DNA of 64,000 nt, taken from sequence record PZ386955.1; one strand, given 5' to 3'. Shown here one piece after another: positions 45,321-54,499 of this stretch (position 1 is the first letter of the stretch; every line of letters begins with the position of its first letter). The DNA is from a phage. Under the pieces are notes generated by a model. It saw only the letters and a list, made by a program, of their open reading frames with translations. It searched no databases and had not been told where the DNA came from. A program made the position numbers and the translations under genes.

Positions 45321-46066
45321 TAGTCCTCCTCTAAAGTAGAATAAAATTGTAACGTATTTGAATCATCAAAATATGCAAAGGTTAAATTACCATTGAAGCA
45401 AGATCCTGTGTCCATATATACCCTATTACTGCTAATTACAGGTTTAGGAACATAAGAATGCCCGTGAAATACATAATCTACTCCTGAAACTCTAGGAAGA
45501 AGAATCCCTTCAAGGGCGCAATCTATCATATCACGATCCCACATTAAAGATTCTGTGAATCGAGATACTTGCTCTTTATTCATATTCAAACAAAATGGCA
45601 AAACTTCTGTCACTGGTAAATGTTCCAAAACTGAAGGATACCCACCGTGAATAAAGCCTAGTTTCATATCACGATAATTGACAACAAGTACAACAGGTAA
45701 ATCTTCTAGCATCAAAGCAAGAGCAGTTGCACCCTCTTCTCCACACTCGTCTAGAACTGTATGGCCTCCGTTCTGAAACCAACATTCGTAATATCGTCTA
45801 TCACCTTCTAGCAACCCTTTAATCATCATATCTTCATGATTTCCACGAATACCATAACGATTTAGCTTTCTGGTGAATTCAACAACACAACGAAAATTCT
45901 GCTTGCCGCGATCTGTAAGATCTCCTAAAGATACAACAACATCTTGATCTCGGATACCTAAAGTATTAACACCTTTCTGGTACAAATCAAAGCAACCATG
46001 TAAATCACCAATAATAAACAAGTCTTGATCATCTTTTACACTAATTTCTTGATATACTAGCATCAA
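45320..46066 (-). CDS. PPP-family Ser/Thr protein phosphatase (calcineurin-like metallophosphoesterase)
   Basis: GDLHGC, GDLTDRG, GNHE metallophosphatase motifs. Confidence 0.8.
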   Translation of the reverse strand: MMLVYQEISVKDDQDLFIIGDLHGCFDLYQKGVNTLGIRDQDVVVSLGDLTDRGKQNFRCVVEFTRKLNRYGIRGNHEDMMIKGLLEGDRRYYECWFQNGGHTVLDECGEEGATALALMLEDLPVVLVVNYRDMKLGFIHGGYPSVLEHLPVTEVLPFCLNMNKEQVSRFTESLMWDRDMIDCALEGILLPRVSGVDYVFHGHSYVPKPVISSNRVYMDTGSCFNGNLTFAYFDDSNTLQFYSTLEED

Positions 46067-46389
46067 CTCTCCTCAAAATCCATAAGTATAAAGATATTAA
46101 CTTTACCTTCTATATTATGTTCTACAACAAGATCTGCAAATTCTTTGTAGGCTTTTTCTTCTATTTGTTCAATGTGAGACGCTACATCTTTGTATATAGC
46201 GTCACCATCTACTTTAACAAGGAGGAATAGAGATCTTACTTCAATCTCTTTATTTTTACGGGGTAGAAAATCGACGGCTTCTTGTATACGCCAGCCGAGA
46301 TACCCTGGAGTCCTTTGAATATCCTCCAAATGACTTTCTAAGATTTCCCTTCCTTTGTCTATTAAAGCCTGTTCTGTCGTTATTTTCAT
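46063..46389 (-). CDS. hypothetical protein
   Basis: 108 aa ORF. Confidence 0.55.
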   Translation of the reverse strand: MKITTEQALIDKGREILESHLEDIQRTPGYLGWRIQEAVDFLPRKNKEIEVRSLFLLVKVDGDAIYKDVASHIEQIEEKAYKEFADLVVEHNIEGKVNIFILMDFEES

Positions 46390-46399
46390 CCCCTTCTCC

Positions 46400-46972
46400 T
46401 TAATGTGTTAATGAAACTGCGTAACTAAACACAGGTTCAGATATTACATCGGCTACAGTAATAAAAACGTCTTCGTCTTGAGTTGTTTCTACACGACATA
46501 CAGTTACACCATTCACCACGAATTCAACGCAATGTGGAATATCTTCACAAACGAAGGTAGTGTAAGTAACACCCAAAGCATCATACAAAGATTTAACAGT
46601 GTTTGCAAGTGCCGCAGTTTCTTCTTTTTCTGAGACAATGAATGCTGTAACAACAAGATTGTTTGCATAGTTTAGACTGTCCTCTATAGCCAATGATTTA
46701 CAAGGTAGTAATGCAAAATATTTACCTGGTTTAATCAGACCTGCTTCCCATTGATTCAAAATTGCTTGGGATGGTTTAGTAATATAAAACAGATTTTCAC
46801 TTGGGTTATCAATATTACTTCTGGCGATACAACGTGAAGGATTATTAATATCAAACACATGATCAAAATCTACACAAACTGGTAAACTGAAAGGTGTGAA
46901 TTTTTTACCTAATAATCCTACTGCTGACAATATGTTTGCTGTGCTTATCTTCCCGTTAAAAGCTAAACGCAT
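46400..46972 (-). CDS. hypothetical protein
   Basis: 190 aa ORF. Confidence 0.55.
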   Translation of the reverse strand: MRLAFNGKISTANILSAVGLLGKKFTPFSLPVCVDFDHVFDINNPSRCIARSNIDNPSENLFYITKPSQAILNQWEAGLIKPGKYFALLPCKSLAIEDSLNYANNLVVTAFIVSEKEETAALANTVKSLYDALGVTYTTFVCEDIPHCVEFVVNGVTVCRVETTQDEDVFITVADVISEPVFSYAVSLTH

Positions 46973-46983
46973 ATTTAACTCCT

Positions 46984-47187
46984 TTAACTAGCAACCGTAA
47001 CTTCCGAACTTTCTTCTTTCGTACTGTCTACGATATGCCTGGTGGCAATATACGAGACTTGCCAGTTACCATCTGGTGTAGTCTCAATAAGTACCCTATC
47101 TACTTCGAGAAAATGCAAAAATTCAACCATCGCTCGCTTCGATAGGAATTGTTTTTTAACAGTCTCCTCAAAAGATTGAACTGCCAT
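46984..47187 (-). CDS. hypothetical protein
   Basis: 67 aa ORF. Confidence 0.5.
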   Translation of the reverse strand: MAVQSFEETVKKQFLSKRAMVEFLHFLEVDRVLIETTPDGNWQVSYIATRHIVDSTKEESSEVTVAS

Positions 47188-47196
47188 GTTTCCTCC

Positions 47197-47859
47197 TTAT
47201 TTAATATTCAATTTTGCACAAAGACGTTGTACCGCTTTGGCATCGAACAAACTCCCACGAATAGTTCTCTTTCCTGATTCATTCAGATGCTTTGCAATCG
47301 TCATATATGGCGTTTTACAAGCTCTGTATGCAACTAAAGAATCTTTTAAAGAAAGCGCAAACTCTTTTGAGCGTTTTGCTTCTTCCGTTTTCGTATAATC
47401 TGTTCTTTTGTATTTAGGGTTTGCTGCACCAAGAAGCGTTCCCTTCGCTTTTGCTACTTTAAGGCTCTTCTTAACACGATCAGATATTGCACGAGCCTCT
47501 TCTTCTGCCAGAACTGCTAAAATATTTATTATCATATTTTCAGCGGAGGGCATAGTTGCTATTCGTACATTAATCATCTCTAACAAGGTTGCAACAGAAG
47601 CTGTGTTACGTCCAAGACGGTCAACCTTAGCAACAACAAGTGTAGCACCTGTTTCTTTGCAAAGATTAACAGCTTTCACAAGCTCTCTACGTTGCTTCCA
47701 ATCGCCTTTACCCGAATAAAACTCTGCAAAGCTACCTACAATAGTATAATTTTCTTGTGAATCCAGGAAGCGTTGGATATCTGCTTCCTGTGATTCTATA
47801 CCATACTGGTTGCCTTGTTGTTTCTTCTTAGAAAGTCGATGATATAGTACAAACTTCAT
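47197..47859 (-). CDS. serine recombinase (resolvase/invertase family)
   Basis: N-terminal YHRLSKKKQQ..GIESQ catalytic-Ser region, VVAKVDRLGRN, C-terminal HTH-like tail. Confidence 0.7.
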   Translation of the reverse strand: MKFVLYHRLSKKKQQGNQYGIESQEADIQRFLDSQENYTIVGSFAEFYSGKGDWKQRRELVKAVNLCKETGATLVVAKVDRLGRNTASVATLLEMINVRIATMPSAENMIINILAVLAEEEARAISDRVKKSLKVAKAKGTLLGAANPKYKRTDYTKTEEAKRSKEFALSLKDSLVAYRACKTPYMTIAKHLNESGKRTIRGSLFDAKAVQRLCAKLNIK

Positions 47860-47916
47860 AATACCCTCCTGTTCTGTTACAGGAAGTATGCACTACCTTA
47901 ATGTTAAAGTCAACAG

Positions 47917-48120
47917 TTAAGTAGTGGTAATATCATCTTCTTGAATACCAGGGTCAACTTCTGCAAAGATAGCCTCTACAGGAATTTCTTCACCTGCTAT
48001 TCTAGAAAGAAGCACTGAACCAATAGCTTTTGCGTGTTCTTCAGATTCCGCATAAACATTAGTTCCTGTGTCTTTTTTCTTAGTTTCGTTAAAATATACC
48101 AGATAGTAATTGTATGCCAT
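47917..48120 (-). CDS. hypothetical protein
   Basis: 67 aa ORF. Confidence 0.5.
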   Translation of the reverse strand: MAYNYYLVYFNETKKKDTGTNVYAESEEHAKAIGSVLLSRIAGEEIPVEAIFAEVDPGIQEDDITTT

Positions 48121-48371
48121 TATTCATCCCAATCGCCGTTACGAGCACTTTCAAGAACCTTGACAACTTCTGCATACTCTACAGCTAAACCAGCACATAC
48201 TTCAGCTTGTTTTGCAATTGCTTGTTTAAAGAACATAGCGATTGCAACACTCTGTGTTGTATGAATGTTATCTGCTTTAGTTGATACATGAAGATCAAAA
48301 TCTTCTTCATCAAAGGTGAGTTCCATAGTAACAATAAATTTCTCGGTCATAAAAATGCTCCTCTTAAACAA
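48120..48371 (-). CDS. hypothetical protein
   Basis: 83 aa ORF. Confidence 0.5.
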   Translation of the reverse strand: MFKRSIFMTEKFIVTMELTFDEEDFDLHVSTKADNIHTTQSVAIAMFFKQAIAKQAEVCAGLAVEYAEVVKVLESARNGDWDE

Positions 48372-48873
48372 AATAGAAAGGTTGAGTTAAACCCAGCCTG
48401 TTTTTTGGGTCGTAGACGTACCAAGCATATGCTGTCTTATCAGTACCACCTGCAACAAAAGATGGTCGTTCAGAAAGAACAATCAAATTTGTTGGTGGAT
48501 TCTGTTTATGGAATTCCCTTCGTTTAATAGACTCTAGGAACCCAAGACGCAACAAGTATATGCAAACGTCTGCTTCTTTTAAGCTCTTTTGCAAGAACTC
48601 AAGTGCAAGTTTGAATGGGGGATTTGTGATTATAATATCCGGCTTAGTATGCCATTCGTGGTTAAAATAATCTTTCCCTTCTTCTAACTCACAATATTCT
48701 GATCCTTCTGGAAAATGTTGATAAATTGCAGCAGCAGCGCCTTTACACGGTTCTGCAAAAATAAAACCTTCTTCTTTAAGGTTATTAAAATCTATTACAC
48801 TAAATAATGCATTTATACATTTTTGTGGAGTAGGATAGTAATCAGTTGGTGGACGATCATACTTATTTACCAC
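48364..48873 (-). CDS. DNA N6-adenine methyltransferase (phage Dam-like)
   Basis: NPPF catalytic motif (IIITNPPFKLA), small single-domain size. Confidence 0.65.
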   Translation of the reverse strand: MVNKYDRPPTDYYPTPQKCINALFSVIDFNNLKEEGFIFAEPCKGAAAAIYQHFPEGSEYCELEEGKDYFNHEWHTKPDIIITNPPFKLALEFLQKSLKEADVCIYLLRLGFLESIKRREFHKQNPPTNLIVLSERPSFVAGGTDKTAYAWYVYDPKNRLGLTQPFYFV

Positions 48874-49291
48874 TACTTAAAATCTCCTCTTTTGTGATTT
48901 CAGGGTCTTCTTCAAAAACCATAATATCTCTTAAGAACGTTAATTCTTCCATAGATACTGGTATTGTATCTTCTTCTGTTTTTCGTTTACATAAATCGTC
49001 AAGAAAGTTTTTAAAGTTTTCTGACAAATCGTAAAATTTCAACAGTTGATAATCACAGGAGGAGATCCTATCTAGTTCTAACATTCTTTCTAAGATATTT
49101 TCTGTGTTGCCATACAGCACACGAACTTCTCCGAAAGGGTTGACTGAATATTGTGAAGTTCTGAACCATCCCTTTTTAGATACAGTGTAACGCTGTTCTG
49201 CTAAACTTTCAATAAAATTTTTAGCTCTTTTACAGTTTTGTTCTAAAGAGTAGTAGGCTTTTTCTACAAAGGTTACAGGTACTGGTAACAT
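48863..49291 (-). CDS. hypothetical protein
   Basis: 142 aa ORF. Confidence 0.55.
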   Translation of the reverse strand: MLPVPVTFVEKAYYSLEQNCKRAKNFIESLAEQRYTVSKKGWFRTSQYSVNPFGEVRVLYGNTENILERMLELDRISSCDYQLLKFYDLSENFKNFLDDLCKRKTEEDTIPVSMEELTFLRDIMVFEEDPEITKEEILSSGK

Positions 49292-49331
49292 ATCTCCTCC
49301 TAATAACCCCCTTGCTGGGGTTTATACTAGA

Positions 49332-49985
49332 TTAATTATCAGAGGACACTTTATCAAGTTTTTCAGAGACTGTCAATACTTTTTCTTGTGATTCTTTCAT
49401 TTCTGCTAAAATACTTTCAGCTTCATCACTATCAGGATCACCAGTCAACAGCATACTAATCAGTTGCTCCTTGCTGAAGTTCAGAATATCTTCCGCTGTT
49501 AACTCCAGTTGTTCTTCGATCTCTTCGATAAAAGTTTCACCGCCTGAAAAAGCATCTCGTAGTTTTGCAACTTCCATCGCTTCTTCTGGAGTTGCCCCAG
49601 CGTCTAAAGCTGCTAAAGCAAAATCTGCCCCACTACCAACAGCATAGTAGTCTTCAGTTAAAGGATATGCTCGCGTTGGATTATTACCCTCGTGCATATA
49701 AATTTTACCGTCTGGGTGAACAACCAATGCCACAAACTCTTCATCTTCTTTGTCAGGATCTGACTGGATCACCAAACCTGGGATTGTCTCTTGTGCTGCT
49801 TGGCATTGTAAATTTTGTTCGAACCAAGAAAAGAAAGTCAGGATAGAAGATAGACGTCCTGCACCACCAACGAGGTAGTCCCCAATTTTACGCACTTTCT
49901 TGAAATTTAAAGTGTCTACACGACTACCTACTGTTACCTTACCGTCAGACAGAATTTTGTTACGTGTTGCAATAATTGTTGTCAT
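49332..49985 (-). CDS. HslV/proteasome-beta-like N-terminal-nucleophile peptidase with acidic C-terminal extension
   Basis: N-terminus MTTIIATRN (Thr nucleophile), FKKVRKIG, VGSGADFALAA resemble HslV. Confidence 0.65.
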   Translation of the reverse strand: MTTIIATRNKILSDGKVTVGSRVDTLNFKKVRKIGDYLVGGAGRLSSILTFFSWFEQNLQCQAAQETIPGLVIQSDPDKEDEEFVALVVHPDGKIYMHEGNNPTRAYPLTEDYYAVGSGADFALAALDAGATPEEAMEVAKLRDAFSGGETFIEEIEEQLELTAEDILNFSKEQLISMLLTGDPDSDEAESILAEMKESQEKVLTVSEKLDKVSSDN

Positions 49986-50476
49986 TATACTTCCTCCTGT
50001 AGTGTTTTAAGGACTGCTTTACCACCGCTTACATATTTACGGAGGTAGTCAATAGCTCTTAGTGTTTCTTTATCCACAAGAATTTTATTAGTTCTTGTTA
50101 GTGGATGATTTAGTAAATCACTGCAATTTCTTACTAACATAGATTTCTTGTGAAAAATACTACTAAGAAAAAGAAGTTTAGAATCTTCTTCATCAATCAG
50201 GAGTAACTCTGAATTAGACCCAGCTACATTTATTATACACTCAAACAAGCCTTCTTGACTATCAGATAATTCCTGGTAATATTTAGTTAGCCAATCCTCT
50301 CCTTTCAACCAACTAAAAAACATCTGAACTTTTTGCAAAGTTGTCATGTTCTCTAAACGAAGAGATATTTCTTTTTCAATCTTGTCAATATAAATCTGTC
50401 TAAACTCATTCGGCTTAACTAAGCCAGCTTGATAGCATTCATCAATACCATTGCGATCAATCTCAATTAGCGTCAT
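49985..50476 (-). CDS. hypothetical protein (coupled upstream of HslV-like gene)
   Basis: 163 aa, ATGA overlap. Confidence 0.55.
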   Translation of the reverse strand: MTLIEIDRNGIDECYQAGLVKPNEFRQIYIDKIEKEISLRLENMTTLQKVQMFFSWLKGEDWLTKYYQELSDSQEGLFECIINVAGSNSELLLIDEEDSKLLFLSSIFHKKSMLVRNCSDLLNHPLTRTNKILVDKETLRAIDYLRKYVSGGKAVLKTLQEEV

Positions 50477-50512
50477 TTAACCTCCATAACAGGCATCCTT
50501 GCCTTGTAATTA

Positions 50513-51265
50513 TTAATATACTTCCGTGATGAACTGAGACAAACGGGAACGTTGGTTATCAGCAGTTGTCATTTCAACATAACCAATAAAATCCACAATA
50601 GCTTCCCTTTCTCCTTCTTCATTAATAGGAACAACACGATCTAACAAATCACCTAAACCGTTAGCTCTTCGTTTAATTGCATATGTTTGATTAACATCAC
50701 CCATAATGACAATACGTGTATTAAGACCTGCTCGCTCAAGGAGAAGTTTTATTGTATTTGGTGACATAAGTTGAACTTCATCAATAAGAATAATGCTGTT
50801 ATCCCACGTAGCACCTAGTGCATAGTTTGGAATATTAAGTTCAATTTTGCCACTTGCAATATCGTTTTCCAATTTATTTGCAGTCATAAACTGTTGGAAA
50901 ATTCTTTTAGTTGATTCGTAGTGTGCTGCTAGTTTATCAGTCTTATCTCCAGATAAGAAACCAATTTGATCATCACCTACTTCTGTCGGGTTTTTAAGGA
51001 AAATCAACTTTCTGAAATCACCAGCTTTAAGCATTTGCAATGCTTTCCACAATGCTGTTGTCGTTTTTCCTGTTCCTGCTGGGGCATTAACAATGGTTAA
51101 ATCATTCCAAACCATGCTTCTTACAATAGCTTCTTGATTCCCAACAGGGGTAAATTCATCAAGACGGTAATCATCATTTCCTACTGCTTTAGCCGCATAA
51201 CGACTGGCACGTTTGTCATCATTGGCTGCTGATTGACGACGAGCCTTTGCGGTTTTGTTTCCCAT
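50513..51265 (-). CDS. phoH: PhoH-like ATPase
   Basis: Walker A NAPAGTGKTT and PhoH-like core. Confidence 0.8.
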   Translation of the reverse strand: MGNKTAKARRQSAANDDKRASRYAAKAVGNDDYRLDEFTPVGNQEAIVRSMVWNDLTIVNAPAGTGKTTTALWKALQMLKAGDFRKLIFLKNPTEVGDDQIGFLSGDKTDKLAAHYESTKRIFQQFMTANKLENDIASGKIELNIPNYALGATWDNSIILIDEVQLMSPNTIKLLLERAGLNTRIVIMGDVNQTYAIKRRANGLGDLLDRVVPINEEGEREAIVDFIGYVEMTTADNQRSRLSQFITEVY

Positions 51266-51280
51266 GTTTGCACTCCTTAT

Positions 51281-51303
51281 AAAAGGGGCTTTCGCCCCTT
51301 TGT
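51281..51303 (-). terminator. rho-independent terminator after lysozyme gene
   Basis: Minus strand GGGGCGAAAGCCCC followed by TTTTAT. Confidence 0.6.
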
Positions 51304-51804
51304 TTAGTTATAAGCGTCTAATGTTCCAGTTTTAAGTACCTGAATTACACGCTCTGCGCGATTAGGCGTTTGGCGATACCATTTACTTTTACGTAAATTT
51401 ATAGAGGCTTGAGTATAATATGAATTACTCACTAAAGTCAAGCTATTTTTGAAAGATTCTGCACCTTTCAATCCCATTTGAAATACCATATTGATAATAG
51501 CCATTTTACGATTAGGACTTACTTTATCGTAAATAGGAGATAATATGGTGCTTGAATGGATCTGTTGTATCGCTTTCTTTACGTCACTCTCAAAGATTTT
51601 TCTAGCTTCCGCTTCAGTAATAACCCCATTGGTTTTTCTACCTACTAAGTTATCAAGAATGCGTATAGCTTCTGCTTTATCTTTGCGTTTTGTCAGAAGG
51701 TGTCCAATACCAACTGTCCAATACCCTTCGGTATCAGGATACACAGTTAGCTTTAGTCCTTCATCAAAACGTAACATATCAAACACATCAACTACTTTAG
51801 CCAT
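51304..51804 (-). CDS. e: T4-type lysozyme (endolysin, glycoside hydrolase family 24)
   Basis: MLRFDEGLKLTVYPDTEGYWTVGIGHLL closely matches T4 lysozyme N-terminus with catalytic Glu/Asp/Thr. Confidence 0.9.
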   Translation of the reverse strand: MAKVVDVFDMLRFDEGLKLTVYPDTEGYWTVGIGHLLTKRKDKAEAIRILDNLVGRKTNGVITEAEARKIFESDVKKAIQQIHSSTILSPIYDKVSPNRKMAIINMVFQMGLKGAESFKNSLTLVSNSYYTQASINLRKSKWYRQTPNRAERVIQVLKTGTLDAYN

Positions 51805-51816
51805 GTTTTCCTTATA

Positions 51817-51960
51817 TTAGTCGCCCTCCCCATGATCTAGCTCTTGAAACAGTAGGTGTTCAGGAGACATTTCACGTTTAGGCTTCGTCTTTTTAGTTTG
51901 GGACTTAAGCTCTGTTGCCAAAGCACGAGAAAAGATCTTACGTTTCTGTTTACCTTTCAT
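51817..51960 (-). CDS. small basic protein (47 aa)
   Basis: Not in track; fills gap between lysozyme and glutaredoxin; Lys/Arg-rich. Confidence 0.3.
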   Translation of the reverse strand: MKGKQKRKIFSRALATELKSQTKKTKPKREMSPEHLLFQELDHGEGD

Positions 51961-51964
51961 ATTG

Positions 51965-52231
51965 TTACTCCGCAATCTGAGCCATGAATTCACGTAGTTC
52001 GGAAAAACCTCCTACGTGGGTTAGATGTTCACCATCTTCCACAAAAATTTGAGGAAAGGTACGTGGCAGAACACCTGTTTTCTCTAAAACCAGATTCTGA
52101 ATCTGATCTAAAGAATAGTCTTCATCTAAGGTAAGATATTTAAAATCCTGTTCACGCTGTTCCAGTAGAATCTTAGCGTTAGTGCAGAAAGGACAATTTG
52201 GTTTACCGTAGATAATAAAATTCATTTTCAC
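51965..52231 (-). CDS. glutaredoxin (NrdC/NrdH-like)
   Basis: CPFC active site in YGKPNCPFCTNAK, ~88 aa. Confidence 0.8.
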   Translation of the reverse strand: MKMNFIIYGKPNCPFCTNAKILLEQREQDFKYLTLDEDYSLDQIQNLVLEKTGVLPRTFPQIFVEDGEHLTHVGGFSELREFMAQIAE

Positions 52232-53058
52232 TCCTTGTTTAAAAGTATAGTTAAAGTTTTTACAATACCGCTATCAACACTTCGCGGATTTAAAGTAGGA
52301 TCTGTTTTTAAATAAGATGTTGCTGGTCTGACTGCTTTGGAATTATAGGTTGAAGCAGATACAGGATTAACTGTAACAGACAAATCTATAACAAGAAATA
52401 TCTTTCGTGCAAAATCGTACCAAGAAATATAATCTGCACCTGCATAGTGTACAATTTTACTATTTACACCATCTTTTACAAGTTTAAAAATTGTTTCTGC
52501 AAGATCAGGTGCATAAGTAGGACACGACAAATGATCACATACTACATTAAATTCTTTTTGACCACCATTGTAGCGTTCCAACATAGTTTTCAAAAAGTTA
52601 TGTCCAAATTCACTATAAACAGAAGCTGTTCTGATAATAAGTGCTGTAGGACAAACTGCTTGTACTAAAGTTTCACCTAATTGTTTACTGTAACCGTAGG
52701 TGTTCAAGGGGTTTGTTTTACTCTCTTCTGTGCCAGCAACATGTCCATCAAAAACATAGTCTGTTGAAATATGTACAAACTGTATCAGTAAATCATTACA
52801 TGCTTTGGCAATGTTTGTTGCACCGTATGCATTAACATTTATACAGGTGTTAACATCTTCTTCAGCTTTATCTACTGCCGTGTAAGCCGCACAATTCACA
52901 ACAACATCAGGCACATGCTGTACAAGACTATTCATAACATCTTTAAAGTTGGTAATGTCTACATCACTTGCTTCAATCAAAATAACATCTTCGGGCGCAA
53001 CTTTTGCCAAAGACTGTCCTAATTGACCTTTTGAACCAAAGACTAAAAATTTTGTCAA
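52228..53058 (-). CDS. rmlD: dTDP-4-dehydrorhamnose reductase
   Basis: N-terminal Rossmann LVFGSKGQLGQSL, RmlD-like length and pathway context. Confidence 0.75.
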   Translation of the reverse strand: MTKFLVFGSKGQLGQSLAKVAPEDVILIEASDVDITNFKDVMNSLVQHVPDVVVNCAAYTAVDKAEEDVNTCINVNAYGATNIAKACNDLLIQFVHISTDYVFDGHVAGTEESKTNPLNTYGYSKQLGETLVQAVCPTALIIRTASVYSEFGHNFLKTMLERYNGGQKEFNVVCDHLSCPTYAPDLAETIFKLVKDGVNSKIVHYAGADYISWYDFARKIFLVIDLSVTVNPVSASTYNSKAVRPATSYLKTDPTLNPRSVDSGIVKTLTILLNKE

Positions 53059-53609
53059 AATATGATCTCCTTTAGTGTTTTGGCTTCCTGATCTTTTTGT
53101 GACAAGATAGGTTTAAAATTAATATCATTAAAGATTAAATCAAAACCCCAATCTATATTGATATCTGGATCATTCCACGCAAGACTACACTCTGAAGTCG
53201 GATCGTAATATTCTGTACATTTGTATTCAAAATCAGCAATATCACTAATCACAACAAAGCCATGAGCGAAACCAGGAGGAATCCAAAATTGTGTTTTATT
53301 CTTTTCAGATAAGAGAACACCTACCCATTCTCCAAATGTTGGACTACCAACCCTAATATCTACAGCAACATCATAAACTTCACCACGAACACAACGTACT
53401 AACTTCCCTTGTGGGTTTTTCTTTTGAAAATGAAGCCCACGTAGAACTCCTCGGATAGAACGTGAATGGTTATCTTGGACAAAGTTTTGTTTACCTATGT
53501 ATTGATCATATAAAGCCTGATTAAAACTTTCTAAGAAAAAGCCACGTTCATCTCCGTAAACGTCAGGTTGAATGATCAACAAATCTTCGATTTTTGTTGC
53601 TTGAATCAT
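53055..53609 (-). CDS. rmlC: dTDP-4-dehydrorhamnose 3,5-epimerase
   Basis: DERGFFLESF and RGLHFQ motifs, ~184 aa cupin. Confidence 0.8.
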   Translation of the reverse strand: MIQATKIEDLLIIQPDVYGDERGFFLESFNQALYDQYIGKQNFVQDNHSRSIRGVLRGLHFQKKNPQGKLVRCVRGEVYDVAVDIRVGSPTFGEWVGVLLSEKNKTQFWIPPGFAHGFVVISDIADFEYKCTEYYDPTSECSLAWNDPDINIDWGFDLIFNDINFKPILSQKDQEAKTLKEIIF

Positions 53610-53621
53610 TTAATTCCCCCT

Positions 53622-54491
53622 TTATTTTAATTTAAGTAAATACTTACCGTAGTCTGTTTTACTTAAAACCTCTCCAGAACTTTTTACAGAGTCTAAAGTA
53701 ATCCATTCATTTTTAAAAGCAATCTCTTCCAGGCAAGCAACCTTCATACCTTGTTGCTTTTCTATTGCATGAACAAATTGAGATGCTTCCATAAGACTTT
53801 CATGTGTTCCTGTATCCAGCCAAGTGAAACCTCTTCCTAGCTTACAGACACGTAAAGCCTTTTCTTTCCAGTACATCTCATTTATATCTGTGATCTCTAA
53901 CTCCCCTCTAGCAGAAGGCTTAACGCTTTTAGCTTTCTGTATAACAGAATTATCGTAAAAGTACAAGCCTGTAATTGCATAGTTGCTTTTTGGTGCTTTT
54001 GGTTTTTCTTCAATACTTACCACTGTACCTTCAGAATCAAACTCAACAACACCAAATCTTTCAGGATCATTTACGTGATACCCAAAAATATTAGCTCCAC
54101 CATTCTTTTCAATATGTTCTTTAGCAGAATCTAAAATGCTACCAAAACTCTGACCAAAGAATAAATTATCACCTAGCACAAGTGCTACAGAATCTTCACC
54201 AATAAAGTTCTCACCAATAATAAACGCTTCTGCTAAACCTTTTGGGCTATCCTGTATTGCATACTGTAGGGAAATACCAAAAGAAGAACCGTCACCTAGA
54301 AGATTTACAAAATTAATTTGATCTTCTGGTGTTGTAATTATTAGTATTTCCCTAATTCCAGAAAGCATTAGGACAGAGAGTGGATAATAAATCATAGGTT
54401 TATCGTAAATTGGTAATAGTTGTTTACTAACCCCTTTAGTAACTGGGTAAAGTCTTGTTCCACTACCACCTGCTAAGATAATACCTTTCAT
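53622..54491 (-). CDS. rmlA: glucose-1-phosphate thymidylyltransferase
   Basis: [36 protein letters not shown] matches RmlA N-terminus. Confidence 0.9.
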   Translation of the reverse strand: MKGIILAGGSGTRLYPVTKGVSKQLLPIYDKPMIYYPLSVLMLSGIREILIITTPEDQINFVNLLGDGSSFGISLQYAIQDSPKGLAEAFIIGENFIGEDSVALVLGDNLFFGQSFGSILDSAKEHIEKNGGANIFGYHVNDPERFGVVEFDSEGTVVSIEEKPKAPKSNYAITGLYFYDNSVIQKAKSVKPSARGELEITDINEMYWKEKALRVCKLGRGFTWLDTGTHESLMEASQFVHAIEKQQGMKVACLEEIAFKNEWITLDSVKSSGEVLSKTDYGKYLLKLK

Positions 54492-54499
54492 ACTCCTCC

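Noticed and set aside
47197-47859. Integrated prophage or temperate lifestyle implied by the recombinase
   Set aside because: It is a small serine recombinase of the resolvase/invertase type, not a large integrase; no attachment-site repeats or repressor-operator module were seen, and gene content is T4-like lytic.
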